From Mobula birostris (Eukaryota): a DNA stretch of 64,000 nucleotides. Within the stretch, counting starts at the first letter, position 1; every line of letters starts with the position of its first letter. The stretch lies in assembly GCF_030028105.1 (NCBI RefSeq), contig NC_092379.1, positions 27,335,821-27,399,820 on the forward strand. The letters are read 5' to 3'. The position numbers and the translations under genes were made by a program. This document shows, piece by piece, positions 10,213-24,299 of this stretch. The notes beneath the pieces are model-generated. The model saw nothing but the letters and a program-made list of their open reading frames with translations. It was not told where the DNA came from and made no database searches.

Positions 10213-12558
10213 TCAGATTCCGCTAATCTGCTTTGTGTCTCGATCTATTAATCCCTCACCGTTTCATCGTTCCACTAAACAACCAATTAATCTAAAGCTC
10301 GGAGATCGGATAAGGCCGGTTGTAAAGTACGTCCTCCGAATTGATGATGATGTTCTATATAAGAGACAAAGTGAAAGATAGAAAAGGGAAAATCGACCTG
10401 ACAAAATGTCGTAGGAAAAGTCTGAGCTCATGTTTCTCTTAGTGAATGTCAATATATAAGATGTCAATGCCCCCTCTAAGTGAGAAATCGATGATTTCGG
10501 ATTAAGAGGAGAAAGTTGTCTCACTAAGTGATTTCTGGATGTCGACTTTTTTTCACGTCGGCTTCAGAGTTTACTTAACAGATTATTCAATAATGAGATT
10601 GTCAAAAACTCATAAGTATCATATAGTTAAAGCGTATTATGGCAAAGAAACTGGAAATGCTGTCCATCACGATCAGCTTCATTTTTTTTTAACGATTCTG
10701 CTCAATTTTACTGTGGTACACTGTGAAAACACCATGTCTATTTTACCTACCTGTGCTCTTGAAACAATTACATTTCTTTATATAGCCCTCTCTGGCAACA
10801 TTTCAGAAACACACATTGAACTAAGAAAAATAAGAGTTACACCTCGCTTCTCTTTGAAATATTCATCTTATCAGCTTAAAAATAAGAAACATACGCCCCA
10901 ATGTGTTCAATAATTAGCAAGTATGCGATAATATAGTTGTACACTCCAGATATCGCTGATATTTTGAAATATGTTTTGTCCCTTTACCCTAGTGTTCCTG
11001 CAGCTTCAAATAAAAGCAGGCTTAACACATCGATTGTGACCCGGCCCTAAGTTCTCCTGATAAAAAGAACATTGCAGGCAGTCCAATATTTCGTAAAAAA
11101 AAAAAAAAAAAAGACGACGGGGGCAAATTACCAGAAGCAAAATACAGACTCCTGTGCAATGCCTTTTGATTCAATGTTCAAAAACCGTTAAACTCTAAGG
11201 AATATCATAAAACGTGTCCGATAGAACAATCTGCGTGATATATCACAGGTGGATGGTTATACAGTACTCACCCAGTTTTTCTGAACTTGCTTACGATCAC
11301 ATCTAATCTCTGCAGCGAGTTGAAGATGCCAATACTCAAATGCTCAATGCGATTGTGGTGTGCACACAGACACAAAACCGGAGAAATAAGTCCCAGCTTA
11401 TGATTTAGTAAAACAAACAAACAAAAATCAGGTTATGTTAGTTCATAAGCGCCAACATGGACGTCTCGATCTGCAGCTCTCATTGAAAACAAAAAAAAAC
11501 ATTAGATATTCTCTTTTCAGCATGCGCACAACGATGTTTTTCCAAATCTGTTTGTCTCTTTTTCTTTTCACACCTTTCTCTACTTGATTGAACTGAGTAC
11601 GTTTTTCTATATTTATTTATTATATCCTGCATTGTAAGGCGGTCGTAGGTTTTAAGAAGTATTACGAAAGATGACGGTGATATTGAAACGGATTTTAATT
11701 GTGACTTTACCTTTCTATTGGACATACTTAATTTCTGTACAAGTGATTAAAAAAAAACACAAGTTTAACACTAGAAAGAAATATGGGGATTATAAAAGAT
11801 GTATGATCACCATAAGACCAATAGGATATAGGAGCAGAGCTAGGCCATTTGGCATATCGTGTGCTCTCCGCCATTTCATTATGGCTGATGCAATTACCCT
11901 CTTAGCCCCAGCTTACCTACCGGATTATCCCCCTGTCCCGTTATACATTGACCAATCAACAGTCTATCAAACTCTGCGTAAATATACAAGTAAACGTGTT
12001 CCACAGCAGTCTATGACAAATGATCACACAGGCTCACAGTTCTTTGGCTTAAAAAAAAATCATCTTCCGTTCGAAAACATCGCCCCTCTGTACTGAGTCT
12101 GTTCCTGCGGTGTTAGACTCTTCCACCACAGGAAGCATCCTCCCTACACCCAGCCTATCAAGGACTTTCACGATTCGATATGTTCCAATGAATTCTAATG
12201 AACAGAGAAATGAGTAATCTGACGCTTCTGTTACGTCAAGTCATACAACCTTCGAATCATCTCCCTAAACCTGTTTTAAACCTTCTCCAGTCTCAGCATA
12301 CCCTCGCCTCTCTTTTACACTTTATGCATTTGAAGAAACTTTAGTTGCCCGCTTTAATATTTTAAGCTATCTTATATTAGTTTTCCGTTATTGAGTTTTA
12401 ATCACATCTTGTAGCGTTCAGTATTTATTTGCAAGCCTCTAAGTTTGCACTAATCTTTAGTCTATTATATGCCCTCTCTTTGGATTTTATGTAGGCCTTG
12501 ACATCTCCTGTTCGCCATAGTCGTGTCATCTTTCCTTCAGAATACTTATTCGTCTTTG

Positions 12559-12559
<1 letters not shown>

Positions 12560-12597
<38 letters not shown>
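12560..12597. repeat. (TA)n microsatellite
   Basis: Direct reading. Confidence 0.95.
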
Positions 12598-12599
<2 letters not shown>

Positions 12600-14033
12600 T
12601 AGGGTGGAAACATAGCTTGACGTAGCAGAATTTCAGTGGAGTAATGGAAATTACAGTAGTATGAGAGAGGAGATTGCCAAAGTAAATTGGAAGAAGATGC
12701 TGGCAGGGAGAAACAGTCGCGTGAATTTCTGAGTAAAATGAGGAAGGTACAGGATAGATGGATTCCAAAACCGAAGAATTACTCAAACGGCAAACAGTAC
12801 AACAGCGGCTGGCAAGGGAGATCAAACAGAATGTCAAGGCAAAACAAATGACATGCAAAAACACATATTTGCAGGAAGATAGAAGATAACGTCACTTTAA
12901 ATCACAAGGGAGAGGGCGACTGAAAAGCCGGTAGAAGCGAAAGGGTGAAATATGAAATCAAGCTAGCAAACAATATGAACGTGGATAGTAAAAGTTTGAA
13001 ACAATGTAAATCATAGAACAGTGGTGAGTGTGGATATAGGACCGCGAGGAAATGAGACCAAGAAAGTAATCACGGGACCAAGGAGCTGGCAGATAAACCA
13101 AATGAGCATTTTGCAGCCGTTACCAATCTGGAATGCACTAGCGGATGCTCAAGGATGTAAGAAAGAGAAGTCAGTGCAGAACGTGGTCAAAAAGCTGAAC
13201 GACATAGCAGTAGTTAAGTCACCTGAGCCAGATGAACTGCACCCTAGTGTTCTAACGGAGGTAGCGGTAGAGATTGTGGAGGCATTTGTAATAATATTTC
13301 ACAAAAAAAAAAAAAAAAAAAAAAAAATTGGACGCTGGCATGATGTCAGAGGGCTGAACAATTGCAAACGTTACTCCACACGTTACGAATAGAGGAGGAC
13401 AACGGAAAGGAAATTATACTAATTTAGCCTGACCCGAGTGGTTGGGAAGATATTAATAATGATGAGGAGCTCTTGGAGACACAGTACACGATCGGAAAAC
13501 ACAACATGGTTTCCTTAAGGGAAAGTCTTGCCTGTGGAAACTGGTAGAATTCTGTGAGGGGTTTACACGTACGATTGATGAACGGGATGCATTGGACGTT
13601 CCATTTTTGTACCTCCAGAAGGCATCTGACAAGGTGACACACGTGAGGCTGCTTAGCAGGTGTAGAGCCCACGATCTTACAGGAAAGTTAATGGCACGGT
13701 TAGAGGATTGGCTGATTGTTAGCAGGCAGCAAGTGGGAATACAATTATTCCTATCTGTTTGTCTGTCAGTAACTAGGGGCTCTTCGCTGCGGTCGGTATT
13801 GGGGACATTTCTTTTCATGCTGTATGTCATTGATTTATCTGATGGAATAGATGGCTTTGTTTCCAAGTTTGAAGATGGTTGAAGGGCAGGTAGGGTTGTG
13901 GAAACAGGTAGGATGCTGACAGACAGGAAAAAGTTACGAAAATATGCAAGGGAGTGGCAAATGAAATACAAAGTTGGAAAGTGCTAAATTAATGTACAAG
14001 CGTTTGCATTTTTGTCGTGGAAATAAATGTACA

Positions 14034-14082
<49 letters not shown>

Positions 14083-14800
14083 ACGGAAAGAAAAGCCAAA
14101 ATAGAAAATGCTAATTGATTTAGGTATCCTTGCGCAGAAGAGCCTATGGTTACCTTGCATGTGTAGTCGCTGGTGAGGAAAGCAAATTCAATGTTCGCAT
14201 TCATGCAAGATGTTTATAATACAGGAGCAGAGATGTGGTGATAGGGTTTTATAATACATTGGCGACTCTCCTCCTAGACTATTGTGAACACTATTGGGAT
14301 CGTCATCCTAGAAGCGATGCGTTGGTATTTGAGAGGTTTCAGAGCCGTTTCACAAAGACGAATCCGGGAATAAAAGGCTTATCATCCGGCGTAGTTTGTT
14401 AGCTCTGGATCTGTACTGGCAGGAATTTACAAGGCCGAGGGATATCATTGGTACGTTTCAAATGTTGAAATACCTAGAGAGTTTTGAGGAGGAAAATGAT
14501 GTTTCCCAGGTTGGGGAAGTCTAGGACAAGAGGGCACAGCGTCAGAGAGAGGGCTGTCAATATAAAACAGAGAGGTGGAGAAACTTCCACAGAAGAGAGG
14601 GATGAATGTGTGGAATTTATTTACACAGTCAGCTGTCTATACCAGGTTGTTGGATGTATTTGAGCCACAGCCAGCTTCGTGCGTTCTTGATTAAACACGT
14701 CACCGAAGGTTATGGGGAGAGAGTCGCAAATCGGGGAAGAGAAAAGGGGATCATCCATGATTGACCCAATAGCTAAATTATGTTTCTGTGTCTTATGGTC
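12600..14800 (+). mobile_element. CR1-like LINE, 5'-truncated and decayed ORF2 (RT) plus 3' UTR
   Basis: KSPEPDELHPSVLTEVAVEIVEAF (cf. KSPGPDGLHPRVLKE), YLQKASDKVTH (cf. DFQKAFDKVPH), GSVLG-like and SKFEDG (cf. FADD); ends TGTGTCTTATGGTC. Confidence 0.88.
14037..14079. repeat. (TA)n microsatellite inside CR1
   Basis: Direct reading. Confidence 0.95.
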
Positions 14801-17109
14801 CAATCAGTTTTGATTTCTGGTAGGACATCAATCCAGAACAGCTGATCCACCAGAGGAATCAACCACGAGCTGTTCTAAAAAATCCATCGTCTCAGGACTA
14901 GAAACACCAGCTCCTGTAATCCAGTACTACCTGATTTTCCCAATCATTCTGCATATTAAAGTCCTGCATTACGATTGTAACATTGCCCTCTTGGCATCCA
15001 TTTTCTAACACCAGTTCTAATTTGCAGGCAACATGTTTACTGAATACGTAATGATTCTAACGATTTGATTTAATTTTTGACGTACACTGCAAAGCCGCCC
15101 ATTCTGCATTCCTGTCTATCGTTTCGATACAATGCTTATGCTTTGGACATTAGGCAACCACCTATATTTTTTTCAGCCACGTCCCGTGATGGCCACTGCG
15201 TCCTGACTACCAATTTGTCACTGTATTGTAAGTTCACATTCCTTACTTCATGTTCTGCGGACATTCAAATATGGAACCTTCATTCTTTTAGTCACCCTTT
15301 TCGATCGCGTCACACTATTCTCATACTTATGGTTCCAAGCGTATTTTGTTGTTTTATTAACATCTTCCCACACACACTCTCTTCGAACTATTCTGGCACT
15401 CCGTTTCATATCACCCTGGAACACAAATTGGAAACCCACCGTGCAGTAGTTACAGGGCACCAGTCCCCATCCAGTTCCAGTCCCCTTCTGTTCAGGCCCA
15501 ACGTCCTTGAAAAAGACGAATGATTCAAAAATATTACGGCCCCTCTCCTACACCATAATCTATCATATTTTACACTGCATCATCTTGATTGTCCTGCACT
15601 CAGTAGCGTGCGGCACAGGTAGCAGTCCTGAGATGACTAACCCGGGGGCATGCCCTTTAATTGAGCACATAAATCCCCAAATTCCCTATGGTTAAACGCA
15701 ACACTGGTCTTGCCAATGTCATTTGTACCTGAAGGCCTCATTGTTTCTGTTTTTGTTTTCATTTTATCATTTTAGAATGATGAGGACTTCATCGGAGAAT
15801 ATTCCGGACCGCGGCACCAGCAAGGCAACATATCATCCGTCAATCTCGTTTTCGCCCACAAAATCCCCTGTTTGGAAATTTTACTGACGAGTCCCCTATT
15901 ACCATAGCAACCCTCTACTTCTCCCAGACCGTTTCTATAAGCACTCCTAACGAAATGAAGGAGTATACCAGAGTTGCAGCCGAATGAGCTGAAAGAAAAA
16001 TAAAAATGTTGAGGAAGGAACCCTTGTTCATATTTCAGCCATTTCGAAGAAATCCAAATCTTTCTAATACTTATACCGTTTTGCCCCTACGGGAAGTTAT
16101 TTCCAATTGATGGATTCCGGACACCTCCAGGACGAAAGGACTCACGGAGTTTGCTTCAAAGTTTCTGGAAACAAGGTTTACGCGCATCTCAAGTTACTGC
16201 TAATAGGGATGGCTCTCTGTGTGCAGGTATATGCCAGCTATAGCTGACCATGCAGTGGCCGAATGAATGACGTATTGTGCTAAGTGTCATGCTCACATCT
16301 GTTTCGTAATCATATTTCTTGGCCAGTCATACACTTTTGTAAACTAGCTGTCTTTGTTTTGTAAACGATGCGTTTTGCAAAGCTGTGTCTACAGATAAAA
16401 AAAAAATACTGCTCCTTGCAAATTTCATCAAAAACGATTCTTGTAGCCTTCTATAATCTGAGCACTGAATATTTATTCGAAATGCAGATTTGTTGGGAAG
16501 AACTCGGAATTACGTCAGTGAAACAAATTCATTCGACCAGATTGTGGTGAACATCCAATGGTATGGTCTTCTGCAAGGTGTCGGATGAGGGAATCTCTTA
16601 GGTTCTTCCTGGAGTCCAGGAGGAGTCCAGGGCTGTCGAGTAAATCCTGACTGAAGCACCTTCTGTTGGCGAGTATTCTCTCTAAATGTCTTGGAATAGA
16701 AAGGATTTCAGTAAATTCACAGATGCGTTGGAAGCTATGGTACAAACAATGGCTTTCTGCATTGTAGCATGTTCAGGTCTGCCTATTTACGAAGTATACA
16801 GACACAGACGTCAACTCAACCATAATGACACACCATTTTGAGTGTCTTTCTTGGATTTTCAGAATCTGTGTATTCTATCTTGCTCGCTTTGGCATCATTT
16901 GGAATCCACTTGTCATGCAAATTAATAGGATCAGTTGAGTTCGATGGTGACATGAAACTTAGCTGAAGCTTACACTTTCCACGTACAGCAGCCATGAAAT
17001 TATTACAGTTTATGGTAGTGTGTGCTACAGTATTGAGATATCTGAAAGTATAGCTAAATGCTCGACTCTGGTCTTCTAAGACCGCATCCGGTACTCAGCT
17101 GAGCGTAAT

Positions 17110-17290
17110 TCGCAATCTACAATAGAATATTGGGTTTTCTCAGGACTAGGACAGGCCCAGTATATATGGATAAGCGAAGACTCAGCCCCTTTACACTTAT
17201 CACAAACGAGATTAATATCAGGGGAAAACCGCGATAAATTGGTTTTAGACATATGAGCACTCTGTACCACCTGAGACTGCAAAAGGCAGT
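17110..17290 (-). mobile_element. L1-clade LINE ORF2 C-terminal fragment
   Basis: FSPDINLVCDKCKGAESSLIHIYWACP: Cys-rich C-terminal motif of fish-type L1 ORF2. Confidence 0.7.
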
Positions 17291-17719
17291 GGCTAGCACA
17301 TAAAGGGGTTAAGCAAACTGACTTGAGAATTGAAACTCAAACCGCATCAGATAAGGAGATAGTTAGATTATGTTTCCAGGCAGTTCGAATTTTATCGAAG
17401 GAGGCACGCCTCAAAACTACTAACTTATTCCGAAAAGCAGATATTAAACATTTACCAAATGGATTGACACAAATAAACAGATCCAGAACACTTTTCTCAG
17501 GCATCTCTGGCATCTCAGGAAAGTTTAATATGAAAGGGTTAATGAATTGTCTAATTTGAAGATATCTAAAGAAATGAACATTTGGCAGGTTAAACTTTAC
17601 AGATTGTTGTTGAAAAGCTGCAAAATGATTCTATGAAAAGATCTTCAGAGCGCCTAATAGTCATATTACTTTTTTTTTTAACTTACATTATTTGCTGTAT
17701 TTTTTCACAGTAACACGTT

Positions 17720-18740
17720 GAAGCTGTACCCTCTCTAACATGCTGGTGGAGAGAATTTTATTTGGGTTTTTAGCGCTGGAAATAGTTACATTCGGACACG
17801 TCTCATTGGCGGGGCAGCAATATGGTGGCATTGTTTTTTCCACGGACCACCTGATTGTGCTTATGCCGGCCGGATTAGCGAACAGAGAGGAGGACACCCC
17901 TTCTAAAATCTGGAGGAAAACACACAGAGGATGCAGAAAGTGATCAGAAAGGCAAGGGCAGAGAACCGGATGGAGACAACAGAAACTTATGGAGAAGAGG
18001 AGTTAAAAGTCGCGTCGTCCCTCTCCGTTATGGGCAAAGTGAGATCGCTGGGTAATAAAATGGACGAGTTGACCGCACTAGCCAGGAGTCTGAGAACATT
18101 TCGGAGGTGCAGTGTTATGTCTTTTACTAAACGTGTCTGCACGAGGACATACCCGACCAAAATGTTTCCATAAAGGATTCGAGACAGTTCAGGCTGACTG
18201 GAAGTGTATTGAGAACAGTAAGTGTAAAGGAGGGGGGCTTGCTGTGCTGCTTAATAACAGATGGTGCAATCCTGGTCATATTAGAATCACGGAACGTGTT
18301 TGTATCCCAGATATTGAACTTTTCGCTGTTGGACTCTTGGCCATATTATTTGCCAAGGGAAATTTCACATTCAATTGTGGTTGTTGTGTACATCCCTCCC
18401 TCTGCCAACCCGACGTCGGCGCGTAACATCATTTGCACCGTTAGGCACAGGAGTACATTCAGCCAATGATTCATTCCACTGGGATGCAGCACTGATCGCC
18501 ATTGGAAGTCATGCCTGCCTGTGGCCATCAAACATGGCAGCTCCTCCCTTGGAGGGTCTGTCACCCTTAGCTAATGGGCTGGTCCTGGACTTATTTCCGT
18601 CTGGCATGGTTTACATATTATTATTTGATTGTTTGTGGTTTTGTACTGCTAAGTTTGTACTTTGTTCTTGGTTGGTGCAACTGTAACTAAACCCAATTTC
18701 CCTGCGGATCAATAAAGTATGTCTGTCTATCTAGCTATCT
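17720..18740 (+). mobile_element. Rex1/Babar-like LINE with internal deletion (endonuclease N-terminus joined to 3' end)
   Basis: VRSLGNKMDEL, KGGGLAVLLNNRWC, PYYLPREISHSIVVVVYIPPSAN, then RHRSTFSQ and CLPVAIK, 3' UTR and (TATC)-like tail. Start approximate. Confidence 0.75.
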
Positions 18741-19820
18741 ATCTGATAACCTTTCTATACTGATCATTTAATGTTGAATCCCGCACAGAAGGTAGGAAAA
18801 GGTGATTGTGTAAAATAGGGCTAGAGAGTGAAAATCCATGAAGACCATTAAATTTTCTGAACTGAGCCCATATTTTCAGAGTATCACTAATAAGAGGATT
18901 AACAATCTGTCTAGGCAAATGAAAAAGAAGTGCGGAACTGAGAACAGCAGAAATGGAAAGATCCTTAATAGAGTTCAACTCCATTACTACCCATTTTGGG
19001 CAGCCACACTGATTATAGAAGAAAGACCAAAAAATTAGACAATAAATATTAGATGCCCAGTGATATAAACGAAAATTACGGAAGGACATACCTGGAAAGA
19101 AATTCTGGAAAGACGTTTATTCAACACTCTCTCATAGTCTTAATTGCCATTTAGAACAGAACCGCCTGGTTGCTCTTTTTGACACCTTGGGTGAAGTAGA
19201 TATGCACTTGAGTCCGACTAAACGTCGAAAATTATCCTTTGGCTCTCTCTTGGCTGAACGGATAGTTCTTCTTATGTGGAAATTTGCTGCCCCACCCAAT
19301 CACGCTCAATGGCTTAGTGATATTATGTCCTGTTTAACCTTGAAAAGATTCATTATTCACTTGGTAATTCGGACATAAAGTTTCATGAGCTGTGGGAACC
19401 TTTCTTGAATATTTCCATAACTACTCTTTAGGTTAAGTTTATCCTTTTATTTTGCATGCTACACTCCCTTATTATCAGCTATTTTTCAGTAATTTTTTAG
19501 TTTTTTGTTGTGAATTCCGTTATAGTTCTGGTAAGCGGCATTATAATTTCTTTTTTTTTCTTATATATATTTACAGCTCCGTGGGGTTGAATGCTCCGAT
19601 TTTTTTGTTTCTTCTGTTTTTGTTGCTTTTATACACAGAAATATTTGGCCTTCTTTTTTCAGTGGGAGGTTGGGGTGAATAATAATCCTACATGATTTTA
19701 TTTTGGGTGTTTTTTTAAATTATTATGAATAATATATTGCTTGTTTTGCATTATATAAACTTCCATTCTGTTGATTTTTTATTCTGTAGCTCTATTGTAG
19801 AAACGCATAAAAATATTTTT
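18730..19820 (+). mobile_element. L1-clade LINE 3' portion with 5' inversion (unit 1 copy)
   Basis: 18730-19094 is L1 ORF2 on the minus strand (RNFRLYHWA, WAQFRK, PILHNHLF); 19095 onward is the ORF2 C-terminus on + (KFWKDV, AQWLSDIMSCL) and 3' UTR. Confidence 0.8.
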
Positions 19821-20368
19821 AAAATACTTTGCCTAAATATTTCTACTTATTGACAGCCCTACCAGTCTTTATTCCCAAATTCTTTTTCGACATTTAGATT
19901 CGATTATATCTTCTTACTTATGGAGGAATAAAACTCCCCGATTAAACAAAGTTCATCTTCAGAAAGCCAAAAAAAATGGGGGATTACCCTTACCAAATTT
20001 TAGGTTTTACTACTGGGCAGTCAACATACGCTATCTTAAGTATTCTCTATACTACATTAATCGTGAAGACTGTCCGGTTTGAGATTTTGCAGAAGTTAAT
20101 GTTGTTAATATTTTTTCTATTATTTCTCTTATTGGTTGTTCAATTATTTTATCCTTAAATAATTTAACTGATAATTTTGTAGTTAGGAAATATTCTTTGA
20201 GGATTTGTTTGCAATTTAGAAAATTCTTCGGGTTATTTGTTTTTTCACTCTCCAGTCCCATTTTTTCTGCATATTTCTGTTAAACCTTCTTTGACTGATG
20301 TAGTTGATAAGAGTAGAATAGACTATGTATTAAATTTTTACAGGATCTGTTTGTGGAGATAATCTTTC

Positions 20369-20767
20369 TGTCATGGTTCCGTTTGGATCTTCCCCTTTAA
20401 CGCTCCTTCCTCCCTGATTATGTCATAATTTCATCCATTAGCTTTAGTATTGCTGCTAGTTTACTTAATTACAATACACCTGGTATGCATCAGAAACAGT
20501 GAAATAAGTATGATGGTGTCAATACACAGGTTGCCAGTTTGCTGGTCTGTACGTGTGTGATACTTCGTTCTCTTGTCCGCTGAGAACGTTAGTTCTAAGT
20601 TTAGTTCCAAATTCTGCACTGGTTTCAAGATAGTCCCTGTAGATCGCGTCTCCTTGTCCAGATTCCTCCGGTTTGCTGTTCTACATTCACGTCTGCGCCA
20701 TCTTCCCCAACTCAGTCGACGTGCCGGTGTCCTGCACATGGATTCTCCTCAGTCGCCACGTGCAATA
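20369..20767 (+). repeat. Gypsy A 5' LTR (unit 1)
   Basis: TGTCATGG...GTGCAATA; aligns with the three other Gypsy A LTRs. Confidence 0.88.
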
Positions 20768-22791
20768 GAAAAAACTGGCGAACATGATTACAGAGGACAC
20801 GAATACTCTGCAACAAGCACTCGCCAGTCAGGGTTCTCTAATGGGCTTGCACGAACGGCTGCTCCAGGAAGTCATGGAAACCCTCCGTTCCCTGTCAGTA
20901 GATGTGAGAAAGATCAGTGAACAGGTCGACTGAGTATCCATACATATTACCCCGTCGACTCCAGGAATTCCGTCTGACCAGCCCATACAACCTGAGGCGT
21001 CCATGACACGTCCACTGAGAGAGCCGCACGTCCCTGAACCAGAATCCTACACTGGAGATCTGGGGAAGTGCCGGGCTTATCTGCTGTAATGCTCCTTGTT
21101 GTTCTAGCAGCAGCCATACATGTCCGCCACGGACAGATCTAACATAGCTTATATTATGGGGTTGGTACGAGGAAATGACTTAACGTGAGCCACTGCAATT
21201 TGGGATAATCAGACAGAGACCTCCTCTTCCTTCCCCATCTTCATCTCAGGAATAAGGAAGGTTTTTCACCAGCCCGTCCGCCGGTGAAGATGCCGCCACG
21301 CGTCTACTCACCCTCCATCAAGGCTCACATACTGTTGCAGAATGCGCTGTGGAGTACCGGACACTACCGGCCGACTCGGGCTGGAATGATGAGGCACTCC
21401 AGGAGGTGTTTCGGCAAGGCCTCTGTGACATGGTAAGGGACGAGTTGGCGGCTAGGGATGACAATAGGTTCCTGGATTTATTGATCTTCCTAGCCTCCAG
21501 GCTAGACAGCCGACTCCGAGAGCATCAGAGGGAGAGAACCGGTCGTCCTACTCCTTTGGTCACCCCCACGGTACGCTTTACCATCTACTACCAGTCCCAA
21601 CCTCTCTCCTCCTGCGGCTCCTACAACAGAATTCGGACCGGCCGTTTCCATCACCACGGGAGAGGAACCAATGCAGCTGGGACGGAGCCCTCTTTCTCCC
21701 TCAGAGCGACTCCGGAGATTAAGAGCAGAGTATTGTTTCTATTGCGGTCAGTCTGGACATTTTCGTGCTTCTTGTTCGCAACGGCCAAAAGGAAGGGCTC
21801 ACCAGTCGAAAGGGGGGCCCTGGTGAGTCAGACTACAATCCCTTCTGTCTCCCGGTCCCGTTTGCAAGTCTAATACACTGTAAGCTACAACTAACAGTCC
21901 CTGGCCTTGTCTGCCTTGATAGACTCCGGTGCTGAAAGGACTCTGTTGGATGAAAACATAGCTTCTCAGGCCGGAAGTCCTCGGGAGCCTTTGAGTACCC
22001 CTCTGGAAACCCGGACTGTGGTCGGAAGACATCTGTCCCGAGTCACTCACTGTAGCCCACCACTGTCTTTGGTTCTCTCTTGGAACCATCGGGAACAGTT
22101 ACTATTTAACCTAGTTTCCTCTCCTCAAGTTCCTATAGCGCTAGGTTACCCCTGGTTAAAACCGCCATAATCCTCATATATGGGGCTTTTTATTTATGTT
22201 AAATCTAAAATGTCTTCTTTGTTGTGTTATATTGGGGAATGCTTCTTTCTTATGTTATGTTATGTTAAATGCTGATAAAGTCTCCAGCTAGACAGTTGTT
22301 TGAGTTAATACAAATAGCAGGGTGCTATTAGCCAGTGGGTGGTCATGTATCGTTTTGGTTTTGGATGCAATCATGTGACTGTGTACGGGGTTTTTGTCGG
22401 GGTATGGGAGTCGGAGGAGAGCCGAGGAGGACGGCGGACGTGCGGAGAGGCTCCGGCCAATCACTCCGGGTTGTCCCGAGCCGGAGTCGACAGGATTCAG
22501 GTGAGCGTCTGGAATCGATCGAGCTCCAACGGTTGCGCGCAAAGAACTTGGACTTTGATAAGTCTTGGCATTTTTTTCCCATTACTTCATTTTCCTTATC
22601 GAATTTATATTAATGTCATATAATTAGTAATATCTATAAAGTGTACTTGGTAAAATGTCCAGGGTGTGCTGGCAGATGATTGATGTTTGGCATTGATTCG
22701 GGCGGCAACCAACTCCGTGGGAAGCATACGGCAGGTGCTAGGTGGGATTTCCCCTAGACATATACGAGCCAATATTACTGAGCGTTACAAG

Positions 22792-22810
22792 TGGGGGCTA
22801 CCGTCCGGAT
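22792..22810 (+). other. Primer binding site, tRNA-Pro-like (Gypsy B)
   Basis: TGGGGGCTACCGTCCGGAT just after the 5' LTR, versus canonical tRNA-Pro PBS TGGGGGCTCGTCCGGGAT. Confidence 0.75.
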
Positions 22811-23164
22811 CTTCATTTCCGGTAAAGCTGTATCGTCGTCGCGTTAAATAGTGCGAAGATGGATCGAAATAAGATTGTAAATTGGTGTGAATTAGAGGTT
22901 TTACCTCTGAATCATGCGTGCGTGCTAAGTGGGGTCAATTTTCGCATTCCGGCAGATGTACTGGTGCGAGGGTTGAGTTTGATTAAAGGTATCGGGTAGG
23001 TAGAACTTATAACTAGAAGGTGTGGGAAAGAACTGAAGTCCAGCTGGATGTTAGTGCGGACGAGTGCCGACGTCATGACGTTGGAACTGCCAGCGACAGT
23101 CCAAGTCCATGGGGAGGCGGGACCGTGATGTCTCCACAACCTCCCGGACGACGAAAATGAGGAG

Positions 23165-23914
23165 GTGCCGGAGGAGGAGCTAGATGAGGCCCCAGGGGAG
23201 ATGCCAGCAGCCAGGGGTGGAAGCGTGGAGTGGGAAGTCTTGGCAAGGCCCCGTCCCCCAGTTACGCATGAGACCACCGAGTTAGAGGCTGCCATTACCT
23301 CCCTGGGGAGAAGGGTTCAGGGGCCCCGCCCGAAGCTCAGAATTTTCTCAGGAGCCAGTCCCATCCCTGAAGACGAAGACGAATATGAGGCATGGATTGA
23401 GAATATGTCTCAGTTGATAAAGGTGTGGTCAGTTTCGGATGAGGAAAAGAAACAGCGATTGGTGGAAAGCTTAAGGGGCGGGGCGGCCAGTGTAGTCCGC
23501 GTATTGAGAGCGGAACGCACTTCGGCTTCCCTCTCGGAGTGTTTCGACGCTTTGGAGGAAGTAATTGGACTGTCAGGAGAGCCTTGGCAACATTTAGCAG
23601 AATTTCAACAAATGGGACAGAGAATAGGGGAAAAGATCTCAGAATACATCTCCCGGCTGGAAGGGAAGCTTACGGGGTTGCGGCACCGAGGGGTGGTAAA
23701 GGCGGACGAAGTGGCGAAGTTGAGAATGAGTCAGGTATGCAGAGGTTCCCGGGAGGATGACAGGGTGGCTTGGAGTATCCGGCAGTTATATAAGAGGAGC
23801 CCCCCTCGATCATTCGGGCAGCTGATTAGAGACTGCGGGCGGAGCAGAGTACTTCGGGCAGAACAGAGGGCTCGGACCCTCGGGGACGGTGTTCAGCGGT
23901 TCAGGAGGTGGTAG
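23165..23914 (+). pseudogene. Gypsy B gag, PNMA (Ma antigen)-like capsid
   Basis: KLRIFSGASPIPEDEDEYEAWIE...KKQRLVESLRGGA...QQMGQRIGEKISEYISRLE resembles PNMA-family gag. Confidence 0.8.
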
Positions 23915-24299
23915 CCGGGTTGAGATCAGATAAATCCAATGGGTCCCGGCGGGGGGGGGGGTGCATACCGGGGGAAGAGAGGCGGCAGGAAGCGGGTGCT
24001 ATAACTGTGGGAGGGAGGGATATTTCCGGCGGGAATGTGAGTGGCCGGGGGTGTGCTGCAGCCGTGGGGAAGCGGTCACTTGCGGAGGGATTATGAGAGA
24101 CGAGATGCTCCGAGGGGGGAGGGCCCCCGGGCCACTAAGAAGGGAGAGGTGTCGGGAAACTTAGGAGAGGCTCAGTGACGGAACGAACTGGAGCCTCATG
24201 AGTAATACGTTCCCAGAAAGCAGCCATGGAACCCCAGAAAGTTCAAGCCCTTATTGCGGATGGACTGGTGGGACCCCGTTCCAGCGTGTCCCTACGGAT

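Noticed and set aside
14810-17100. Possible further LINE endonuclease or 5' fragments
   Set aside because: Looks like old repeat debris but I could not assign family, strand or boundaries reliably.
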